DNA of 62,224 bases from a virus (lineage: Duplodnaviria > Caudoviricetes): the IMG/VR virus record IMGVR_UViG_3300032291_003678, positions 1 through 62,224 of that record; one strand, 5' to 3'. Position numbers and translations under genes: made by a program. This document shows positions 1 through 9,401 of this stretch, in pieces. Position 1 is the first letter of the stretch; the number at the start of each line of letters is the position of its first letter. The notes under the pieces are model-generated. The model searched no databases. It was not told where the DNA came from and saw nothing but the letters and a program-made list of their open reading frames with translations.

Positions 1-31
1 AGAGCAGGCCCGAAACTATATTGGGGGAAAA

Positions 32-397
32 TTATTCCGCTTTGGCAGGACGACCTAACTTAATGGTTCCGTTTAAACGTTTCGCTTCCAATTCCATTTT
101 ACGTTTATAGGAAGCACTTTCCGGGTTTGGCTTACGTCCCAATTTAACTAATCCTTTAACTGATAGTCTCATTTGGCGTTTTGAACCCTCTACTACGGGA
201 CGACCTTTCTTAAGTTCACCCGCCGCACGTTTAGCTTCTAACTCCGCTTTACGAGTGGCATGTTTGCTTTCGGAATTCACGGGTCTTCCACGTTTAATTT
301 CGCCTGCTTCACGTTTTGCAGCCAACTCGGCCAATCTGATTTGTCTTACTGAATTTACGTTAACTGGTCTACCTAATGTTTTTACTGTGTTTGTCAT
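32..397 (-). CDS. Basic repeat protein with five AT-hook-like GRP/GRKP motifs, putative DNA-binding
   Basis: ~28-aa repeats: LGRPVN, RGRPVN, KGRPVV, LGRKPN, LGRPAK; very K/R-rich. Confidence 0.65.
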   Translation of the reverse strand: MTNTVKTLGRPVNVNSVRQIRLAELAAKREAGEIKRGRPVNSESKHATRKAELEAKRAAGELKKGRPVVEGSKRQMRLSVKGLVKLGRKPNPESASYKRKMELEAKRLNGTIKLGRPAKAE

Positions 398-440
398 AAC
401 CTTTTTATTTTTTTAATTTTACTTACTTTCTTATTACATG

Positions 441-453
441 TTAAATATACGAA
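441..453 (-). promoter_or_regulatory. Phage early promoter, representative of ~35 copies (minus-strand TTTG-N~20-TATATTTA, core TTCGTATATTTAA)
   Basis: Plus-strand TTAAATATACGAA or close variant at ~441, 678, 1277, 1516, 2106, 2372, 2702, 2981, 3443, 3685, 4427, 4777, 5099, 5691, 6392, 6819, 7203, 7715, 8544, 8749, 10231, 10801, 13268, 13917, 15546, 16016, 24157, 36394, 46160, 49034, 54215, 55902, 57773, 61223, 62067, nearly always just upstream of a minus-strand ORF. Resembles the Bacteroidota -33 TTTG / -7 TAnnTTTG consensus. Confidence 0.88.
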
Positions 454-460
454 ACTTATT

Positions 461-643
461 TTACGAAACCAAACTTACTTTGATATAATTTCGATCTAAT
501 ATTTTTTTACATTCAGAATAATCTGAAGGGTTAACTAGGAAAGTATTTCCGGTATTGTAAAATACGTTGGAAAGCTTGTTTGAATTGATTAACAATTGGT
601 TCGCTTTTTTTCTTAACCCTAATTCTACTGTAAATTTTTTCAT
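461..643 (-). CDS. hypothetical early protein
   Basis: ORF downstream of promoter at 678. Confidence 0.6.
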   Translation of the reverse strand: MKKFTVELGLRKKANQLLINSNKLSNVFYNTGNTFLVNPSDYSECKKILDRNYIKVSLVS

Positions 644-1016
644 ATTTTTTCTTTTTAATTATTAACTTTCTTACATGTTAAATATACGAAATTAACTTTA
701 AAAATCCAAATCTATTTTATAGAGCGTTAGTAATTAACGTTCTAAACAAGGGAATTGTATATACCTTTTTTTAAAGGAGGAAGTGGAGGAGCGGAGGGGG
801 AAGGGTACCGTACCATGACCTTCTCTCAACACATTCCACCTATACTCGTTTCCACATACCATCCTATTCCCCCGCGCCTATAGGAATATCTTTCCTAAAT
901 GCGTTCCCTCATAGGAAATTGTTTCCACATTACTTAAACTAATGAATTAGTTGAAGACGTCAATACCTTATTTATAAGGGATTGTTATACCATTAGGTAG
1001 GAACCACGTTCCCTTA

Positions 1017-1247
1017 TTATTTTTTAATAATCTCCACTATATCATGATCCTCAGGTAATCTATTTTTTCTCATTACAAACCCATCATGTGTTCTAGTTCC
1101 TCTACCTCCAAAATAAGGAGATATATTAGGGTATTTCACTTCATGATCCATATAATCTCCTTCAGGTAAAGCCTTAACATACGTTAGCATTAACCCATGT
1201 TTGGATATTAATTGATCCCCCGGTTTACAATCTCTCAAATCTACCAT
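1017..1247 (-). CDS. hypothetical phage protein
   Basis: ORF downstream of promoter at 1277. Confidence 0.7.
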   Translation of the reverse strand: MVDLRDCKPGDQLISKHGLMLTYVKALPEGDYMDHEVKYPNISPYFGGRGTRTHDGFVMRKNRLPEDHDIVEIIKK

Positions 1248-1551
1248 TTCATTTCTTATTTTATCATTATTACATATTAAATATACGAACTATTAGTTTA
1301 AATCCCTATTCATCCGCCCATTCATATATTTTTCCCTTAGCATACCACCCTAGTCCCTCACAACACGTGTAAGCCATATCCTCTAGATCTTCCACCGTCG
1401 AGTTTTCACCCATATATCCTTCACTGATCATATTATTCAATGCCTTGTTTAATATTTCTTGTTCGATTCCAAATCTACTTGCCATAATGCTTTTATTTTT
1501 ATTTCTTATTACATCGTTAATATACGAAATCTAATTTAGATATGTTATTCC

Positions 1552-1743
1552 TTATTTGTTATAAGTTTCGTTGTAGTATTGCTCTCCAATATTGCCCCAT
1601 TTAGTTTCTAATGGGTTAATATGATAAGCATCAATAATCTGTTGCTTTTCCATTTCTTTGGCTTGTTTGATTTCTTCATTTGTCAATACAGGAGCAAATC
1701 CTTCTTTATTTAAAATTGATACTAACCATTCTACTGCTGTCAT
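1552..1743 (-). CDS. hypothetical modular phage protein (TAVEWL...EKQQIIDAY type)
   Basis: ORF abutting 1745..1972. Confidence 0.7.
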   Translation of the reverse strand: MTAVEWLVSILNKEGFAPVLTNEEIKQAKEMEKQQIIDAYHINPLETKWGNIGEQYYNETYNK

Positions 1744-1744
1744 A

Positions 1745-1972
1745 TTATTTCTTTTTAACTTGTTCCATAAATTTATCTCTTGATTCTATACAGTCTAGCA
1801 TTCTAAATCTTGCATTAAAACCTTGTGTAAAAGCATTTTTAACTTCTTCTTCACTATAACTTCTTTCTTGTTGCCATTTAGCACCTGCGACAAAACTTTG
1901 CCTAGGGTCAGGATAAAAACCTTCTTGATTACACCATTTTTCAGCAGCTTCTTCAAGTGTGTATTGTTTCAT
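1745..1972 (-). CDS. hypothetical modular phage protein (TLEEAAE...GAKWQQE.SYSEE)
   Basis: Shares protein and DNA modules with 59907..61199. Confidence 0.75.
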   Translation of the reverse strand: MKQYTLEEAAEKWCNQEGFYPDPRQSFVAGAKWQQERSYSEEEVKNAFTQGFNARFRMLDCIESRDKFMEQVKKK

Positions 1973-2141
1973 AACTTATATAGAATTAGAAATTAAACAA
2001 TACATGAAGATTCCCCACACGATAATTAACCCTACCTTTGCAATGTTTGCTGCTGTTTGAACTGATTTTTCTGACATAACCTTTTATTTTTTATCTTATT
2101 ACATTCGAAATATACGAAATATAATTTAATTAGTTTGTTCC

Positions 2142-2348
2142 TTAGCTAAGGATTTTTACAATTTTATCTACGCTTTCAATTACTTTGAAACCACCATTGT
2201 TGTGAGTTGTTACCCCAATTCTAGTATGTTTTACTTCTGTAACTCTTCCATAATCCATTTTATCTGCTACTTCATAGAAATGCCCTATATGTTCTACATT
2301 AATGTAAATTGCAGTTTTGTCAACACTTGTTAATTTGATAATTTTCAT
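2142..2348 (-). CDS. hypothetical early protein
   Basis: Own promoter (2372) and AAAGGTT-ATG leader. Confidence 0.7.
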   Translation of the reverse strand: MKIIKLTSVDKTAIYINVEHIGHFYEVADKMDYGRVTEVKHTRIGVTTHNNGGFKVIESVDKIVKILS

Positions 2349-2400
2349 AACCTTTTTATTTTTAATTACACTTAAATATACGAATTACAGTTTAACTCTC

Positions 2401-2676
2401 CTATACCTTAGTTAATAAACTAGGATGTACAGTATAACTTCCTTTACCATTTACTTCTGAAACTTTAACATTTACACCATTTATTTTAGTAACAAAAAAC
2501 ATTCTATTATTACTAATCTTTTTATGATTAATAGAAACGTTATCCCCTACCCTTAATGATGATTTAATATCATGAACCATTTCTGATTTTCTAACGGATA
2601 GAGCACTTTTTATAAATTCTATATCACTTTGATCTGCATTCTTGATGAACTGTAATATTCCTTTTAAATCTGTCAT
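2401..2676 (-). CDS. hypothetical early protein, possible SH3/KOW-like C-terminus
   Basis: Own promoter (2702); LRVGDNV motif. Confidence 0.7.
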   Translation of the reverse strand: MTDLKGILQFIKNADQSDIEFIKSALSVRKSEMVHDIKSSLRVGDNVSINHKKISNNRMFFVTKINGVNVKVSEVNGKGSYTVHPSLLTKV

Positions 2677-2715
2677 AACCTTTATTTGTTTTAATTTATA
2701 CTTAAATATACGAAA

Positions 2716-2958
2716 TTAATCTATAAAATCAAATACCTCATTTAAACCATCTTCATCATCTTCAAAATCTTCTTTACATTCAAAGTTAAATAATTCATTA
2801 CACTCTTCAATATCAATAAGTATGCAATCATCATTACCAAGTATTTCCCCACCAAAATCAATTTCTTGTTGTGTTAAAGGTCTATTAAAAATAGTTCTAA
2901 CATTACCATATTGAGAATCGTAAACAAAACCATATACATTTTCTTTAAATACTAACAT
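2716..2958 (-). CDS. acidic hypothetical early protein
   Basis: Own promoter (2981). Confidence 0.7.
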   Translation of the reverse strand: MLVFKENVYGFVYDSQYGNVRTIFNRPLTQQEIDFGGEILGNDDCILIDIEECNELFNFECKEDFEDDEDGLNEVFDFID

Positions 2959-3133
2959 AACTTTTATTTTTTAATTACACGTAAATATACGAAATCTAAT
3001 TTAATTATTTAGTTCCCTAGCCTATTAATTATTTATAATTTTTTGATAAGCTTTACACATTTCCTCATTATCACCTAGATAAATGTTACCTAATTTTTTC
3101 ATCCACTCGTAAAATTTTTCTGCTTCTTTCATA

Positions 3134-3415
3134 TTATTTACCTTTATTTAATTCATCTAAAACAGCAACCTCAATAGTACCAATTCCCTTAAATATATTA
3201 TTATTCAAGTAAATAGCATGGTGATATTCATCTACTAAATCATGTAATTTACTCATAAATTCCTGTAAATCTTTCTTTTGAATATTTTTATATACTCTTT
3301 CTTTCAATTCACCTAATGCTTCACTTATTAGATCACCATCTTCGATAATCTCATTTTCAACTAATTGGTTTTCAATATTTCTAATTCCTTCTAACAATAA
3401 ATCTAAATTTTTCAT
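3134..3415 (-). CDS. hypothetical early protein
   Basis: Own promoter (3443). Confidence 0.7.
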   Translation of the reverse strand: MKNLDLLLEGIRNIENQLVENEIIEDGDLISEALGELKERVYKNIQKKDLQEFMSKLHDLVDEYHHAIYLNNNIFKGIGTIEVAVLDELNKGK

Positions 3416-3471
3416 AACTTTACGTTTTTATCTTATTACATGTTAAATATACGAATCTTATTTTAATAATA

Positions 3472-3675
3472 CTATTCCTCTACTTCTACTAAATCATTTG
3501 ATAAGATATAATCATATAACAAGTCCATTTTTCTCTCAAAAGGTACATTTAACACCCAATCATTTTCCAAATATTTTCTAATAAACACATCTGTCAATCC
3601 CGCTAGATTTACATAACTATAATTCACTCTAAAATACTCTCTAACTTGTTCTACCATAACTTTATCTTTTATCAT
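3472..3675 (-). CDS. hypothetical early protein
   Basis: Own promoter (3685). Confidence 0.65.
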   Translation of the reverse strand: MIKDKVMVEQVREYFRVNYSYVNLAGLTDVFIRKYLENDWVLNVPFERKMDLLYDYILSNDLVEVEE

Positions 3676-3730
3676 TATTACATGTTAAATATACGAAAAG
3701 AGGATATAAAATCCTCTTCCATTATTACTT

Positions 3731-3976
3731 TTAATAAAATAATCCGTTCCAAACCAACCAACTTGGTTTTTGAAAAATACCTAATTTAGGTTCGTTTTTT
3801 GAATACTCTCCAACAACTTCCATAGTATAACAAATGTTACCACATTCGCTTACATCAACTAATATGCTTCGATTGGTTGAACTATAATTATCACTGAATT
3901 CATTACCAATTTCTTCTTTTAACATTTGAACTTTGTTTAAACCATCAATTGAATCTTGAATACTTAAATTTATCAT
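3731..3976 (-). CDS. hypothetical protein
   Basis: ORF in tight operon. Confidence 0.65.
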   Translation of the reverse strand: MINLSIQDSIDGLNKVQMLKEEIGNEFSDNYSSTNRSILVDVSECGNICYTMEVVGEYSKNEPKLGIFQKPSWLVWNGLFY

Positions 3977-3988
3977 AATTTTGATTTT

Positions 3989-4198
3989 TTAAATTTTAGT
4001 TACATAAAAACACTTTGCAGTTTCCCTTCCATATTGATTTTTCAAACTACAAGTACCATAATTAGTTTTTAAGTCATTAAATTCAATATTATTATAACCT
4101 TTTTCAATTAAGTAATTTTCTAAATCTACTTCATTATTGGCTACTAATCTTAAATCCTCACCAAAATCTACTTCTAAATGAAATGCTAATAAATTCAT
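3989..4198 (-). CDS. hypothetical protein
   Basis: ORF in tight operon. Confidence 0.65.
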   Translation of the reverse strand: MNLLAFHLEVDFGEDLRLVANNEVDLENYLIEKGYNNIEFNDLKTNYGTCSLKNQYGRETAKCFYVTKI

Positions 4199-4205
4199 AA
4201 CTTTA

Positions 4206-4403
4206 TTATTTAAATTTTCTTACTACTAAATTACCAAGAATTCCTGAAATTGAACTTATTGATATAATTAACCAAAGTGGATATACTAACCCATAGTAGT
4301 GGCCTGTGTTAATATCCATTGTATAACAAGCTATGAAATGAGGTAATGTTAGTAAACAGTATATCCCTACTGACATTATTATTGATAATTGTAAACTTTT
4401 CAT
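4206..4403 (-). CDS. small membrane protein (2 TM)
   Basis: Two hydrophobic segments; promoter at 4427. Confidence 0.6.
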   Translation of the reverse strand: MKSLQLSIIMSVGIYCLLTLPHFIACYTMDINTGHYYGLVYPLWLIISISSISGILGNLVVRKFK

Positions 4404-4462
4404 ATTAATTATTTTAATTTTACAGTTTTAATATACGAACTATAGCTTAAATATCTTATTCC

Positions 4463-4741
4463 TTAACTCAATAGTTTAAATCTCATTAAACGACCTTCTC
4501 CAACAGCAACACTATTCATGTTACCTATACTTTGCCAAACAAATTTAATATTGAACGCTTGCATATGATCACCTAATTTAGTTCTCACTTGCTCATATAT
4601 TTCATTTGGGAAAATATGTTCAGATAAACCAAAACCATTTTCAGCATATCCAGCTATTTTATCTAATGCTTCAAGGTAGTATTTATTTATTTGCTGATTA
4701 ATTCTTTGATCTCTTACTTCTGTGTTTAATTTAATTTCCAT
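4463..4741 (-). CDS. hypothetical early protein
   Basis: Own promoter (4777). Confidence 0.7.
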   Translation of the reverse strand: MEIKLNTEVRDQRINQQINKYYLEALDKIAGYAENGFGLSEHIFPNEIYEQVRTKLGDHMQAFNIKFVWQSIGNMNSVAVGEGRLMRFKLLS

Positions 4742-4799
4742 AACTTTACATTTTTAATTATTAACTTTCTTACAGATTAAATATACGAAATATGTTTTA

Positions 4800-5075
4800 T
4801 TAATCATATTCCATATCTAAACTCATTAAAATGTAATGAGATACACTTGTATAATCACCTATAGATGCAGTAGTTCTCCAACACCCAACTTCATAAACCA
4901 AGTCCTCTAACGTTGTACACTCTTTTAATGCTAGAATATATTCATTATCCATAACATTTCGATCAATTTCACTTTGAATAAACTTTTCTATAATACTAAT
5001 ACATGAAGGGAAGGTATTTTGTCTTTCTTCCTCTAAATCACGTGCATTTTTTCTAAAATCTTCATTATATGACAT
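4800..5075 (-). CDS. hypothetical early protein
   Basis: Own promoter (5099). Confidence 0.7.
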   Translation of the reverse strand: MSYNEDFRKNARDLEEERQNTFPSCISIIEKFIQSEIDRNVMDNEYILALKECTTLEDLVYEVGCWRTTASIGDYTSVSHYILMSLDMEYD

Positions 5076-5118
5076 AATATTTGTTTTAATTATTATACTT
5101 AAATATACGAATTTTACT

Positions 5119-5415
5119 TTAAAAAATCTCTTCCTTTATACTAACTATTACTATTTCATTTGCAATAAATTCATCCAATTCCTGCTCTAATTGTTGAGCT
5201 TCATTATACAATTTTTCACCTCTGATTTTATGAGATATAATAGAAAAATCATTTCTACTCATATCAAAGAAAAATTCATTACCTTCATGTTCAATAGCGA
5301 AAGTAAAGTAACCACGACCTTCTTCATCATTAAAATCTTCAATTACATTGAAATTCTTTTGTACAGCATCAATTACATGTTTTGTAATAATGTTTTTTTG
5401 TTCTTTCTTTGTCAT
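5119..5415 (-). CDS. acidic hypothetical protein
   Basis: ORF in operon. Confidence 0.7.
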   Translation of the reverse strand: MTKKEQKNIITKHVIDAVQKNFNVIEDFNDEEGRGYFTFAIEHEGNEFFFDMSRNDFSIISHKIRGEKLYNEAQQLEQELDEFIANEIVIVSIKEEIF

Positions 5416-5442
5416 AATATTTTTTTTACTATTATTAAATAC

Positions 5443-5655
5443 TTAATCTATAATTGATTCAAATATAAAATCATAAGCCTCAGTTCCATTAAAACCCATT
5501 TCATCCAATATATTAATTAATTCATTAATATTTTTTGCTTCTGAAATGTATTCATCTTCATCTATTTCTAAAGAATCGTCACAATTACTTTCTAAATATG
5601 TTTTGTAATTATTAATTACATTTTCTTTTATTTCTTGGAATGTTAAACTACTCAT
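5443..5655 (-). CDS. acidic hypothetical early protein
   Basis: Own promoter (5691). Confidence 0.7.
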   Translation of the reverse strand: MSSLTFQEIKENVINNYKTYLESNCDDSLEIDEDEYISEAKNINELINILDEMGFNGTEAYDFIFESIID

Positions 5656-5809
5656 AACCTTTATTTATTTAATTAATATCTCTTGAACGTTTAAATATAC
5701 GAAATTTACTTTACTCATCCATTTCCTTAGTCACAAAAAGCCCCTTAAAAAGGAGCTTAATGTTTTGTAATAATTAAAAAAGAATAAGGGGTTATGAAGC
5801 ACTTATTTG

Positions 5810-5886
5810 CAACCAAGGTGGGATTCGAACCCACGTCTCTTCGGCCCTCTCGGACCGATTGCTTTCACCCCTTCCGCTTCTTGGTT
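5810..5886 (-). tRNA. tRNA-like RNA with non-canonical anticodon arm (undetermined/pseudo-tRNA)
   Basis: 77 nt; 7-bp acceptor AACCAAG/CTTGGTT; perfect T-arm GTGGG-TTCGAAT-CCCAC; anticodon arm TCGGTCC-GAGA-GGGCCGA; weak D-stem; no encoded CCA. Confidence 0.6.
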
Positions 5887-5983
5887 TAAGGTAATCTATA
5901 AGCCACTACCCTGGAGCTACGAATCGTATCATTACTATTCATTCTAGACTGAATGCAATAACATCTTATAGACTGATTTATTT

Positions 5984-6355
5984 TTATAATTCGTTATTAG
6001 CAATTGCTTCTAACACTACTTTGTTTTCTTCATCTTGTTCCTCATCAGTTTCTCCTAAATCCATAAAATTGTTTTCCAATGCATCTCTTAAATTATCTAC
6101 ATTAATAGGAGCTCCTACTACTTCAATTCTATTATCATAGTTTAATTCAAACTCAACTGAATCTACATCAATCAAATCTATTTCACAATTTTCTGCCCAA
6201 CTAATAACTTTATCAATTGCTCTTCCAATATCAAAAGTAGTAATAACTCTACCTTTATTTTCTTCAATACTATTAATTAAATTAATAACATCTTCTTTTG
6301 AGAAAATTGAACTAACTGAACTTTGAACTGACTGTAATACTAAATCTTTTTTCAT
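5984..6355 (-). CDS. acidic hypothetical early protein
   Basis: Own promoter (6392). Confidence 0.75.
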   Translation of the reverse strand: MKKDLVLQSVQSSVSSIFSKEDVINLINSIEENKGRVITTFDIGRAIDKVISWAENCEIDLIDVDSVEFELNYDNRIEVVGAPINVDNLRDALENNFMDLGETDEEQDEENKVVLEAIANNEL

Positions 6356-6431
6356 AACCTTTATTATTTTAATTATTAATTTTTCTTATACTTAAATATA
6401 CGAACTTTATTTTAAATCTCTTATTCCTTTT

Positions 6432-6656
6432 TTAAATTTTTTCTTCAATTATTAACTGAGTACTAACTTCACATTGCATTTCTCTAAATAATTCAGGTCC
6501 CTTTTTAGAACCTAATATTAAATAAAATACAGCATCTACATCTTCAGCATTAACAAATTCTAATTCCTTATAGAGAAAATCAAAATCCTCAGCTAATTTA
6601 ATTTCGTTTTTAGCATTTAACCAATTAACGATTGATTTTTTATTCATTGTTTTCAT
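6432..6656 (-). CDS. hypothetical protein
   Basis: AAAGGTT-ATG leader. Confidence 0.7.
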   Translation of the reverse strand: MKTMNKKSIVNWLNAKNEIKLAEDFDFLYKELEFVNAEDVDAVFYLILGSKKGPELFREMQCEVSTQLIIEEKI

Positions 6657-6859
6657 AACCTTTATGTTTTTAAGTTTTTAGCTAATGCTGATTTGAAATT
6701 CATTTCATGATTAAGTTTATCTTGAGCTAATATTTTCTCTTGATTTGCTTCCCACCATAATTGATATTCTTTTGAAGCAATACTTTTACCTTCCATAACT
6801 TTATCTTTTTAATTATACTTAAATATACGAACTTTATTTTAAATAAACTATTCCTTTAA

Positions 6860-7165
6860 TTAAAATAAATTATTTAAGTATTTTTGAATTTCCATTTTAG
6901 CAATATTTGAAATACTTTTAGAAAATGACCCTATATGCCATTCAATAACTTCATCCAAATCTAAGGAACGATAATGTTTCCAATCGTAAATTGTAAATAC
7001 ATCTCCTTCCTCAGTTTCCATATCCCAAACAAAATTCACTTTATCCTCACCCGTATTATTATCGTCAGGTTCCCCAAAAGCATTTGTTAATTGTTCAACT
7101 GTTGCTCGAATTGTAACTCCGTGAAATGAAGTTCCATCTACATTTTTGTACGTTTTTTTAGCCAT
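6860..7165 (-). CDS. hypothetical phage protein (FGEP...FTIYDWK type)
   Basis: Own promoter (7203). Confidence 0.75.
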   Translation of the reverse strand: MAKKTYKNVDGTSFHGVTIRATVEQLTNAFGEPDDNNTGEDKVNFVWDMETEEGDVFTIYDWKHYRSLDLDEVIEWHIGSFSKSISNIAKMEIQKYLNNLF

Positions 7166-7230
7166 AACCTTTATTTCTTTAAATTATTAATTTTTCTTAT
7201 ACTTAAATATACGAAATTAAATTTAATTAT

Positions 7231-7692
7231 CTAATTCCCTTGTAAATCTTCTATATCACCTTCATATTCAAATTCCTCTTCATTCTCTTCTCTTTCTTCA
7301 ATCATATATCTTACATCCTCTATTGGTTGAGACATTACTAATTGTTTTAGTATTTGATCTTCCATCCCTACTTTGTTAAGAATGTATTGCATTGTTTCTC
7401 CATCTACACTTTGACCATTATATGTCAGGTATTTTAGAGTTTCAATAACTCCTTTAACTTGTTGTTCAATGTAACTCGATTGACTCATTTGGTAAGTAAT
7501 AGGTTCCACATCTACAAAGTAAGATTTAAAATAACCTCTTTCATCCCAACTAATGATTAATGATTTACCATCCTCAGTAGTTAAATGAGTTTCACTCGCA
7601 TCAAATACTTCAACAACATCAGCATAATCCAATTCAAATTCAGTGTGTGTACGATTTGATGCTTCTACAATAAAATAATTTACGTCTTTCAT
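7231..7692 (-). CDS. acidic hypothetical early protein
   Basis: Own promoter (7715). Confidence 0.75.
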   Translation of the reverse strand: MKDVNYFIVEASNRTHTEFELDYADVVEVFDASETHLTTEDGKSLIISWDERGYFKSYFVDVEPITYQMSQSSYIEQQVKGVIETLKYLTYNGQSVDGETMQYILNKVGMEDQILKQLVMSQPIEDVRYMIEEREENEEEFEYEGDIEDLQGN

Positions 7693-7724
7693 AACTTTTA
7701 TTTTTTAATTATACTTAAATATAC

Positions 7725-7750
7725 GAAAAGGGGATGTAAAATCCCCTTCC
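7725..7750 (-). terminator. Intrinsic terminator fused to the next promoter
   Basis: AAGGGGAT-GTAAA-ATCCCCTT hairpin; minus-strand U-tract runs into TTCGTATATTTAAG. Similar hairpins at ~3697 and ~9375. Confidence 0.7.
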
Positions 7751-7751
7751 T

Positions 7752-8516
7752 TTATTTAACTATATTATTAACATATCCTAATACTTGACTTGTGATAGAA
7801 TTTATATTTACATTTTCTTCTTGAGATTTATGTCCATGCATAAACTCAAAAACTGCAGTTCCTTTTTTACCACTTTTACTTACATCAATTAATTTAATTG
7901 AAGAGATATGTGGGGTATAATTATGTTTCATTTGAATGTTAACTCCCTTATCAAATTTAATTCCTTCATTCATTAAATCAAATGTAATCTGACTTTTCTT
8001 AAAAGCTGAAATTTTTTCATCTAATTCTCTAATAGCTTTTCCTACTAAATTCATTTGAGTATAAACACTATCATATTCTTCTTTGAAAGGAAGTACAATA
8101 TTATTTACAGCATAAAGTATACTGAAAGAACTATCTTCTACAACTTCAGCTAACTTACCTAATAGCTGTAATCTTTTTAATTCCCAAATATCATCACCTT
8201 TAGTTGAAGTAGTATAGTAAGATAAATCAACTCCATTGAAAGATTGTTTCTTTTCATCAAAGTTCCAATTCTCTCTCAAGTAAATATTAAACAATTCTTT
8301 CTTGTAAGAGTAATCTGGATGAGCCATTCTAAAGTAAACAGACCCTCTTGTTACTTCAATTTCTACTTCTTTAGAAAAATCAGAAAAGAAAGGAAGCAAA
8401 ACATCTGACATTGCTTTTTGCTCTCTAACATAAATGTCTCCTCTTTTGTTTTCTAATACTTCTTTTTGAGATGTAAGGATTGCTTTTTGTTCTTCTAATA
8501 AACTAATTCTTGTCAT
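7752..8516 (-). CDS. hypothetical protein with coiled-coil segments
   Basis: 254 aa; own promoter (8544). Confidence 0.8.
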   Translation of the reverse strand: MTRISLLEEQKAILTSQKEVLENKRGDIYVREQKAMSDVLLPFFSDFSKEVEIEVTRGSVYFRMAHPDYSYKKELFNIYLRENWNFDEKKQSFNGVDLSYYTTSTKGDDIWELKRLQLLGKLAEVVEDSSFSILYAVNNIVLPFKEEYDSVYTQMNLVGKAIRELDEKISAFKKSQITFDLMNEGIKFDKGVNIQMKHNYTPHISSIKLIDVSKSGKKGTAVFEFMHGHKSQEENVNINSITSQVLGYVNNIVK

Positions 8517-8802
8517 AACCTTTATTTTTTTAAATTTCTATACTTAAATATACGAAAAAAATTTTAAATATCCTAATAAACATAAAAAGGACCCTTATTA
8601 GAGTCCTTTCTGTTGTATTTCTTTTTATTTTTAAATACTTTTGTTTTACTTGCAGCCCAAATTTCCTGCATTGAAAATTGAACTTTTTCTAACTTACGAT
8701 TATTCTTTTTATTTTCTTCCATTTTAAAATATCATTTTTTAATTATGGATAAATATACGAAGGCTCCTTAAAGGAGCCTAGTACTTTTGTATGTAAAGTA
8801 AT

Positions 8803-9339
8803 TTATATTTGATTTAAAATACTTTGTGCTTCTTCTTGAGACATATTAGTAGCATGATTATCACCATCAAGTACATAATTATTTTCTCCACTTGCTACAT
8901 CTTCTATATAGCTTTTTCTCACAGCAAGACTAAAACCATCTTCTTCTGCTGTTTCATCTTCAGGATCTAAAAATAAACACCAAGTACCTTCAGGACCTTC
9001 TTCGGTTCTTATTAGTTTTGTTTTACTCCAATCTGTAGTATAATCAACATTATCATCTTCGTCTTCTTTCAACATTTCACCTTCAGATATGTACTTTATT
9101 TCACCTTTAATATAATCACTAAAGTCATTTATTAATTCCTCTTTACTGATTCCCATATTAGAACCATTTCCATCCCAATCCAAATCATATCCTGCTACAT
9201 CTATAGTATCCTGAACATAATCATCAACTAACGAATTAATATATGCTTCTAATTCATCAGTTGTTTTTATTTTATTTACGTCTTCTTTTAGCATTTTTCC
9301 TTCAGCAAGAAATTTTTTTAAATTAAAATTATTTTCCAT
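8803..9339 (-). CDS. acidic protein with repeated EG(K/E)MLKED, possible internal head protein
   Basis: N-terminal FNLKKFLAE..MLKE; upstream ATATTTAT motif. Confidence 0.6.
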   Translation of the reverse strand: MENNFNLKKFLAEGKMLKEDVNKIKTTDELEAYINSLVDDYVQDTIDVAGYDLDWDGNGSNMGISKEELINDFSDYIKGEIKYISEGEMLKEDEDDNVDYTTDWSKTKLIRTEEGPEGTWCLFLDPEDETAEEDGFSLAVRKSYIEDVASGENNYVLDGDNHATNMSQEEAQSILNQI

Positions 9340-9401
9340 TTTTATATTTTTAAATTATAATGATAAATATATAAAAGGGGATAAAATTATCCCCTTCCTT
9401 T

